Origin: Polyangiaceae bacterium
GTDB taxonomy: Bacteria; Myxococcota_A; Polyangia; Polyangiales; Polyangiaceae
DNA length: 42,077 bases
Direction of reading: 5' to 3'
NCBI GenBank assembly: GCA_033763455.1
Contig: JANRKO010000026.1
Span: 1 to 42,077, forward strand
Shown here: in pieces, positions 36,674 to 42,077 of the stretch
How the letters are laid out: each line of letters opens with the position of its first letter
Numbering within the stretch: position 1 is the stretch's first letter
Notes under the pieces: generated by a model
Databases searched by the model: none
What the model was told of the DNA's origin: nothing
Seen by the model: the letters and a program-made list of their open reading frames with translations, nothing else
Translations under genes and position numbers: made by a program

Positions 36674-37791
36674 GCAACGCAGGCTTTGTTGAGCGATCTG
36701 AGGGATTACATCGCCGTGTGCGAGCGTTTGCGAGGGGGGAAAGCCAAGAATCGTTCGATAGCCTGGCGCTCGAACTGGCTCGATTTCAGGCCGAAAATAT
36801 TCCTGGTTTTGCCAATTTGGTCGAACGTTCGGGCTCCGCGCTCGATAGTGCAGCTACTATCCCGGCCGTCCCGAGCGAAGCTTTTCGGCTGACGCGTGTA
36901 GCCGTGCACCCACCCGAGCTCGATGTTGTTCGGTTCGAAACGAGTGGGACTTCCACTGAGGCCAAAGGGGTGCATCCCATGCGTACCACCGCGACGTACC
37001 GAGCGCTCTCCACGTCCTTTGGACGTGAAGCGCTGATGGCAGAAGATGCTGCCGTAGTAGTGGCTCTTGCCGCGGAGCCCGGAGAGCCAGTGCCTTCGTC
37101 GCTGATGTTCATGATGCGGCAATTCATGGAAGAGTTTGACCCAGCCTTTGGTAGACACATGGGTTTGCACGTCGACGCACCTTATGAGCGTTGGTTGTTG
37201 AGCTCAGCGGGGGTTAATCTTGTAGAGTTGCAACGCGCCTGCGCTTTTGCGGCTCAAATGGGGCGCCCGCTGCTCGTGCTTGCAACTTCCTTGGCTCTTG
37301 CTCGCTGCTTGGAGCAGCTACAGGGTCGCTCTTTTCTGCTTCCGGAAAAGAGCGTGGTGATGCATACGGGCGGGCCAAAAAAGCGCGGGGGCGAGCTCAA
37401 TCTTTCGGAACTGCGAACGCGTGCTGTCGAACAATTGGGCCTCGCCGCGGGCCAAATTGTCGGAGAATATGGCATGACGGAGCTTTCGAGCCAGCTTTAC
37501 GAAGGTACCGTTCGGGGCGCTCATTTGAGCGGCCCTAAAGGAGTGTTCATTCCGCCTCGCTGGCTGCGGGTGACGCCCGTAGATTCCATAACGCTGGAGC
37601 CTGTGGAGCCCGGCGGCATTGGTCTTGCTCGTTTTATGGATCTCGGCAATGTGGATTCAGCGGTGTGCGTACTCACCCAAGATCTGATCCGTGAGAGGGA
37701 TGGAGGTATTGAGCTCTTGGGGCGCAGCCCAGGAGCTGTGCCCCGAGGTTGCTCAATGGCGGTCCAGGCTTTGTTGGAAGGGGCCCAATGA
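36670..37791 (+). CDS. LuxE-like acyl-protein synthetase
   Basis: F.TSGTS P-loop, HTGG.K, EYGMTELSSQ.Y, DL.N.DS...TQD, LLGR and C-terminal RGCS; TTGA overlap with the aminotransferase stop. Confidence 0.88.
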   Translation: MSNAGFVERSEGLHRRVRAFARGESQESFDSLALELARFQAENIPGFANLVERSGSALDSAATIPAVPSEAFRLTRVAVHPPELDVVRFETSGTSTEAKGVHPMRTTATYRALSTSFGREALMAEDAAVVVALAAEPGEPVPSSLMFMMRQFMEEFDPAFGRHMGLHVDAPYERWLLSSAGVNLVELQRACAFAAQMGRPLLVLATSLALARCLEQLQGRSFLLPEKSVVMHTGGPKKRGGELNLSELRTRAVEQLGLAAGQIVGEYGMTELSSQLYEGTVRGAHLSGPKGVFIPPRWLRVTPVDSITLEPVEPGGIGLARFMDLGNVDSAVCVLTQDLIRERDGGIELLGRSPGAVPRGCSMAVQALLEGAQ

Positions 37792-38834
37792 GTCCACGCG
37801 AACGGGTTCAGGCTCTTATCGCCGCCGCCGCCGACGTGGCTCGCCCGGACACTCCGCTGGGAGTGAAGGCACGTGCTGCATGGGTTAGCACCACAGGTCT
37901 CTCTCCCGAAGGCATTGAGCTTGCGATTGAGCACTGTCTAGAGACGCACCCGAGTGAGGCGGAGATCGAGCAATTGTTGGCCAGTGTGCAACCCGCTAAA
38001 CGCGCCCTCGTGCTATTGTCCGCCAACGTGTTCGTGGGTGCATCGCGCGCCTTGGCGCTTGCGCTCGCGAGCTCCGAACACGTGATGGTGCGCGTCTCGC
38101 GCCGCGATCCGGTGCTTGCCCGCGTGCTCTTGGAAGCTTGCCCCGGCCTCTTCGAGCTTACAGATGAGCTCGCTCCAAAGGCAGAGGATGTGTTTTGGGC
38201 CTACGGCAAGAAGGAAACCCTGCGTACGGTGCGCGCGAAGTTGCCGGCTGGCGTGCACTTCATTGGGCATGGCCCGGGTGCGGGCGCGGCCCTCGTAGAG
38301 TTGCCGGAGGCGTCCCCCGAAGTTCTGATCGCGCAGGCGAAAAACCTGGTGCTGGATACTGTGCTCTTTGAACAACGCGGTTGCCTGAGCCCGCGGGCCT
38401 TTCTGGTGACTGGCTCGAAAGGCGCAGCCGAAGAGTTCACCCAGTGCGTGGTGAGTGAACTGACGCGCATGGGTGGCGAAGTGCCACGCGGAGAGCTAGC
38501 CCGTGAGGAGGAAGCCGAGTTAGTTCGCTTTCGAGACACAATGGCATACGTGGGCCGTGTGATGGACACCAAGGCAGGCCTGGTTGCTTTCTCGGAAAGC
38601 ACATCACTGAGCAGTATCACGCCCGTGGGGCGTGCGATCCATATCCAGCACTTAGCAGATCCCATCTTGCCGTTGGCGCGGATTGGCCATGTGCTCACGA
38701 ATATCGGATTTTTTGGCTCCGACGTAACGAAGGCGGAACTTCTGCGGGCCCTTCCCCATGTACGTATCGCCCCACTAGGCCAGATGCAAAGTCCACCTTT
38801 CGACGGCCCCGTGGACCGCCGCCCGCATCTTTAG
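37788..38834 (+). CDS. LuxC-like acyl-CoA/acyl-protein reductase (ALDH fold)
   Basis: SANV, AYG..ET..VR, F.GHG, D..LFEQRGCLSP (catalytic Cys region) and G.MQ.PP...DG motifs; ATGA overlap with the luxE-like stop. Confidence 0.82.
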   Translation: MSPRERVQALIAAAADVARPDTPLGVKARAAWVSTTGLSPEGIELAIEHCLETHPSEAEIEQLLASVQPAKRALVLLSANVFVGASRALALALASSEHVMVRVSRRDPVLARVLLEACPGLFELTDELAPKAEDVFWAYGKKETLRTVRAKLPAGVHFIGHGPGAGAALVELPEASPEVLIAQAKNLVLDTVLFEQRGCLSPRAFLVTGSKGAAEEFTQCVVSELTRMGGEVPRGELAREEEAELVRFRDTMAYVGRVMDTKAGLVAFSESTSLSSITPVGRAIHIQHLADPILPLARIGHVLTNIGFFGSDVTKAELLRALPHVRIAPLGQMQSPPFDGPVDRRPHL

Positions 38835-38838
38835 CGTT

Positions 38839-38876
38839 GCCGCCGGAGGCGTTTCGGGTCGCAGCGCTTCGGCGGC
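38839..38876. terminator. GC-rich hairpin between convergent genes; possible terminator
   Basis: gccgccggaggcg...cgcttcggcggc inverted repeat; no clear U-tract. Confidence 0.4.
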
Positions 38877-38904
38877 GTGTGCTGAGGCACGGCGTTGGAA
38901 CGGG

Positions 38905-39288
38905 CTAGACCTTGCTTGCCAGCTTCGAAGCTCGGTCACGCGCATTCAAAATGATGGGCTTTGCTTGTTCCGGAGTGAGCGCCAGCTGCTTAACGAGAGC
39001 CATCAACACCTTCTGCTCGCCGGAGGTCTGCTTTCCATCAGCGTGAGTGAGAAGGGCTGCGTGAGCCACGAGAGACTCCTTCTCAGCGGGCGAGAACTCC
39101 TTGGCGTTGATCTCCCCGATAGTTCTCTTCTTGCTGGCGAAGTCCTGGAGCGCTGCTTCTTCTTCTTCACTCGCGCCAAATGCCCAAAGCAAGGCTTCGA
39201 TCATTCCCTGTTCAGGCTCGGTGAACTTTCCATCAGCCCATGCCACTGCCACTAGTGCCTTGAAGAGATTTGTTTCTGATGGGGTCAT
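38905..39288 (-). CDS. TerB-family protein
   Basis: LVAVAWADG.F...E and ADG.....E duplicated motif; ATG 39288. Confidence 0.85.
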   Translation of the reverse strand: MTPSETNLFKALVAVAWADGKFTEPEQGMIEALLWAFGASEEEEAALQDFASKKRTIGEINAKEFSPAEKESLVAHAALLTHADGKQTSGEQKVLMALVKQLALTPEQAKPIILNARDRASKLASKV

Positions 39289-39512
39289 TGCCAATGAGAA
39301 GGGTAACGCCCGGGCCAACAGCTGACTAGGGGTTACCGGCGGACCTCGGATAGGCCAAGAGTCAGGGGGCCGGCCGCGGCAAGATTGCCACGTCGGAGGG
39401 CCCTGCGCGACGCAGGGACCGTACTTGCTATGACAAGTATCTGCTGTCGTCAGGCGACGTTGGGGTCGGAGCGTGCGCCGCTGCTGTAGCGTTTGGGGTG
39501 AGCGCGTAACGC

Positions 39513-41792
39513 TCAGCCCGCCCTCATCCGATTGGCGCGCGCGACAGTGATGGCTGTCATGTGCACGATGGTGTCCACGCTGGCTCCTTGCTGAAGCACG
39601 TTGATGGGCTTTTTGAGTCCCAACACCATCGGCCCCACGACATCCACATTGCCTGTGGCCGCCAATATCTTGTACGCGGCATTGCCAGCGTCCAGGTTGG
39701 GGAAGATCAAGACGTTGGCCGACCCCTTGAGGCTTGAAAAAGGGTAAGGTGTGCGGTCGTCCTCGTTCAAGGCTACGTTGGCTTGCATCTCCCCATCAAT
39801 GATCAGATCTGGCATCTCGGCCTTCACGAGCGCGGTAGCCTTGGCCACCTTGGTGGATTGACTGTGCGGAGCATCTCCAAAGTTTGAGAAGGAAAGCATC
39901 GCGACGCGAGGCTCAATGCCCAGGTCGCGAACGGCTTTGGCAGCAAGGATGGCTATTTCTGCTAGTGTTTCGGCATCTGGGTCGATGTTGATGGTGGTGT
40001 CCGCGAAGAACTTTACGCCGGTTTTGCTCACAATCATGTACATGCCGGCCGCTCGATGAGCACCATCGCGCATTCCGATAATCTGCAGCGCTGGGCGGAT
40101 AGTGGCGGGGTAATCTTGACGATAACCTGCAACGAGTCCGTCAGCGTCGCCAAGCTCGACCATCAACATGCCAAAAGTGGTGCGTGATTGGCGAACAACC
40201 TTTTCCGCCTGGTGAAGGGTTACTCCACGGCGTTGCCGCTTCTTCCAGAACGCCTCCACGTAGAGCTCCAACTTGGGATCTTCCCGTGGCTCCAAAATAG
40301 TGACGCCATCCAGATCCAAGCCCAGCTCCTGCTTGAGCCGCAAGATGCGGTCTTTGGAGCCCAAAAGAATGGGCTCGGCAATTTTTGACTCAATCACGAG
40401 CTCTGCCGCCCGCAAGATGTTGGCCTGATCTCCTTCTGGGAACACGATCCGCGCGGGGCGTTCTTTGGCAGCCTCGGTGATGTGCCAGAGCACACGCCGT
40501 GTGGGAGAAATCTTATGGTAGAGGCGCGCGGTGTATTCCTCGATATCCAGCGTTTCACGCGCCACGCCGCTTTCCATCGCGGCTTTGGCGACGGCGGGCG
40601 CTACCCAGTAGAGCACGCGGGAATCGAAAGGTTTCGGGATAATGTACTTTTTGCTGAAGCGCAGGCGGGTCCGCCCGTACGCTCGGAGAACATCGTCGGG
40701 TACTTCTTCTCGCGCGAGCGCTGCCAGTGCGCGCGCCGCTGCCACTTTCATCTCTTCGTTGACAGTGCTGGCGCCCACGTCCAAGGCGCCGCGGAAAATA
40801 TACGGGAACCCAAGGACATTGTTCACCTGGTTCGGGTAATCGCTACGACCTGTAGCGGCAATGGCGTCAGGCCGTGCCCGAATCACCGCTTCGTAGTCGA
40901 TTTCTGGGTCGGGATTGGCCAGCGCAAAGACGATGGGATCCTTGGCCATGGTAAGCAGCATCTCCTCGGTTACCAAGCCTGAAGTGGAAAGCCCGATCAT
41001 CACATCCGCACCCTTTAGGCAATCCGCGATAGTGCGCCGAGGATCCGAAGCTGGGCGGGCAAACGGCCGCCGAAAATCATCCAGATCGGCGCGCCCGTGG
41101 ATAATGATGCCATTCAAATCCAGCATCGTAATGTTTTCGATCTTTACGCCGATCCGCGTCCACATGCGCATGCAAGAGGTGGCGGCAGCGCCGGCGCCGA
41201 TGCAGGTGACCTGAAGATCCTCCAGCGCTTTTTCCTGGAGTGCTGCGGCGTTAATCAGCGCGGCACTCGAAATGATCGCAGTGCCATGCTGGTCATCATG
41301 CATCACGGGGATCTTCATTTGATCGCGCAGGGCTTGCTCGATATAGAAGCAATCAGGCGCTCGAATGTCTTCGAGGTTGATGCCGCCAAACGTGGGCTCT
41401 AGCGATCGCACAATCTCCACAAAGCGAACTGGATCCGTCTCGTCAATTTCCAGATCGAAGACGTCAATGTCCGCGAAGCGCTTGAAGAGCACGCCTTTGC
41501 CCTCCATCACGGGCTTGGCCGCGCGTGGCCCAATATTGCCAAGGCCGAGCACCGCCGTGCCGTTGGTGATCACGGCTACGAGATTGCGGCGCGCTGTGTA
41601 GCGATCCACCGCGTCCGGATCGTCGCGGATTGCCAAGCATGGCACCGCAACGCCTGGTGAATAGGCGAGCGATAGATCAAATTGGCTAGCAACAGGCTTG
41701 GTGGGAACCACCTCGATTTTTCCGGGGCGGCCCTCCGCGTGGTAAGCGAGCGCTTGTTCTCTTTGTCTGAGCTTCGACCAATCCGGTTGCAT
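39513..41792 (-). CDS. maeB: NADP-dependent malic enzyme with C-terminal phosphotransacetylase-like domain
   Basis: [44 protein letters not shown] and [15 protein letters not shown]-like domain RIVFPEG...DGEMQ...PNLDAGN; 759 aa. Confidence 0.97.
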   Translation of the reverse strand: MQPDWSKLRQREQALAYHAEGRPGKIEVVPTKPVASQFDLSLAYSPGVAVPCLAIRDDPDAVDRYTARRNLVAVITNGTAVLGLGNIGPRAAKPVMEGKGVLFKRFADIDVFDLEIDETDPVRFVEIVRSLEPTFGGINLEDIRAPDCFYIEQALRDQMKIPVMHDDQHGTAIISSAALINAAALQEKALEDLQVTCIGAGAAATSCMRMWTRIGVKIENITMLDLNGIIIHGRADLDDFRRPFARPASDPRRTIADCLKGADVMIGLSTSGLVTEEMLLTMAKDPIVFALANPDPEIDYEAVIRARPDAIAATGRSDYPNQVNNVLGFPYIFRGALDVGASTVNEEMKVAAARALAALAREEVPDDVLRAYGRTRLRFSKKYIIPKPFDSRVLYWVAPAVAKAAMESGVARETLDIEEYTARLYHKISPTRRVLWHITEAAKERPARIVFPEGDQANILRAAELVIESKIAEPILLGSKDRILRLKQELGLDLDGVTILEPREDPKLELYVEAFWKKRQRRGVTLHQAEKVVRQSRTTFGMLMVELGDADGLVAGYRQDYPATIRPALQIIGMRDGAHRAAGMYMIVSKTGVKFFADTTINIDPDAETLAEIAILAAKAVRDLGIEPRVAMLSFSNFGDAPHSQSTKVAKATALVKAEMPDLIIDGEMQANVALNEDDRTPYPFSSLKGSANVLIFPNLDAGNAAYKILAATGNVDVVGPMVLGLKKPINVLQQGASVDTIVHMTAITVARANRMRAG

Positions 41793-41823
41793 AGCTTACG
41801 TTAGCTGGTCTGCCCCGAGTGGC

Positions 41824-41839
41824 ACAAATGATCATGTGT
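41824..41839. promoter_or_regulatory. Near-perfect 16-bp palindrome upstream of maeB; candidate operator
   Basis: acaaatga|tcatgtgt (one mismatch), about 30 bp upstream of the maeB ATG. Confidence 0.4.
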
Positions 41840-42077
41840 TATAAGCACGAGCGAAGCGAGCTTCAGCGTTTCCCCCGCCGGAGCGGAGCGACCGGCCAGG
41901 GGGAGACAAGCCGCGCAGAGCGCATGGCGCGAAGCCCGGAGATGTCATGGGGTGGCTCGCGACCTGAAAAGTAGTGGTCACCTTTCGGCTATAGAAAGCC
42001 CAAGGGTATTCGGCCCGATTGACGCATCCGCAGCGCCGGTGAGGGCCGTTTGGACCCGTGCTGCTCGAAACTTCGGA

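Noticed and set aside
35348..38834. Bioluminescence (lux) operon
   Set aside because: No luxA/luxB luciferase or luxD in the window, so luxC/luxE gene symbols were withheld and only family-level calls made.
39378..39463. tRNA or hammerhead ribozyme (CTGACGA on the minus strand)
   Set aside because: No T-loop/D-loop consensus or CCA end, and no GAAA core after the putative stem II.
41821..41850. dif/Xer recombination site
   Set aside because: No match to the XerD arm consensus TTATGTTAAAT; kept only as a candidate operator palindrome.

Overview
A gene-dense window of roughly 60% GC (estimated by eye), probably from a myxobacterium (Myxococcota, Polyangiales-like). That assignment is inferred from a MYXO-CTERM-type tail, a fibro-slime protein, an ECF sigma/anti-sigma/OM-protein triplet and many Gly-rich lipoproteins. 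The left end (1-10.3 kb) looks accessory. It holds a possible PD-(D/E)xK gene coupled to a gene that runs off the edge, a decayed nucleotidyltransferase toxin-antitoxin pair, a GH151-like fucosidase, a 1705-aa C39-like peptidase/TPR protein, a PA14 protein and a VapBC pair. The middle holds the ECF cassette, a START protein, a small flippase-methyltransferase-glycosyltransferase cassette and a metal-dependent hydrolase. It also holds an extracytoplasmic lipoprotein cluster (20.5-27.9 kb): C-type lectin, diheme cytochrome, BNR propeller, galactose-oxidase-like protein lacking the axial Tyr, YtkA/FixH-like protein and pentaheme cytochrome. The right part holds a DUF619-type N-acetylglutamate synthase-like gene, a membrane MutS-like ATPase, a Pro-Met-repeat protein next to a JmjC oxygenase, YceI, TerB and maeB. 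The best candidate for an undescribed system is a tightly coupled operon at 34.4-38.8 kb: FHA-GGDEF cyclase, class III aminotransferase, LuxE-like synthetase and LuxC-like reductase, with no luciferase, which suggests an acid-to-aldehyde-to-amine pathway. I recognised no rRNA, tRNA or CRISPR array. All family calls come from motif recognition by eye; no searches were run.
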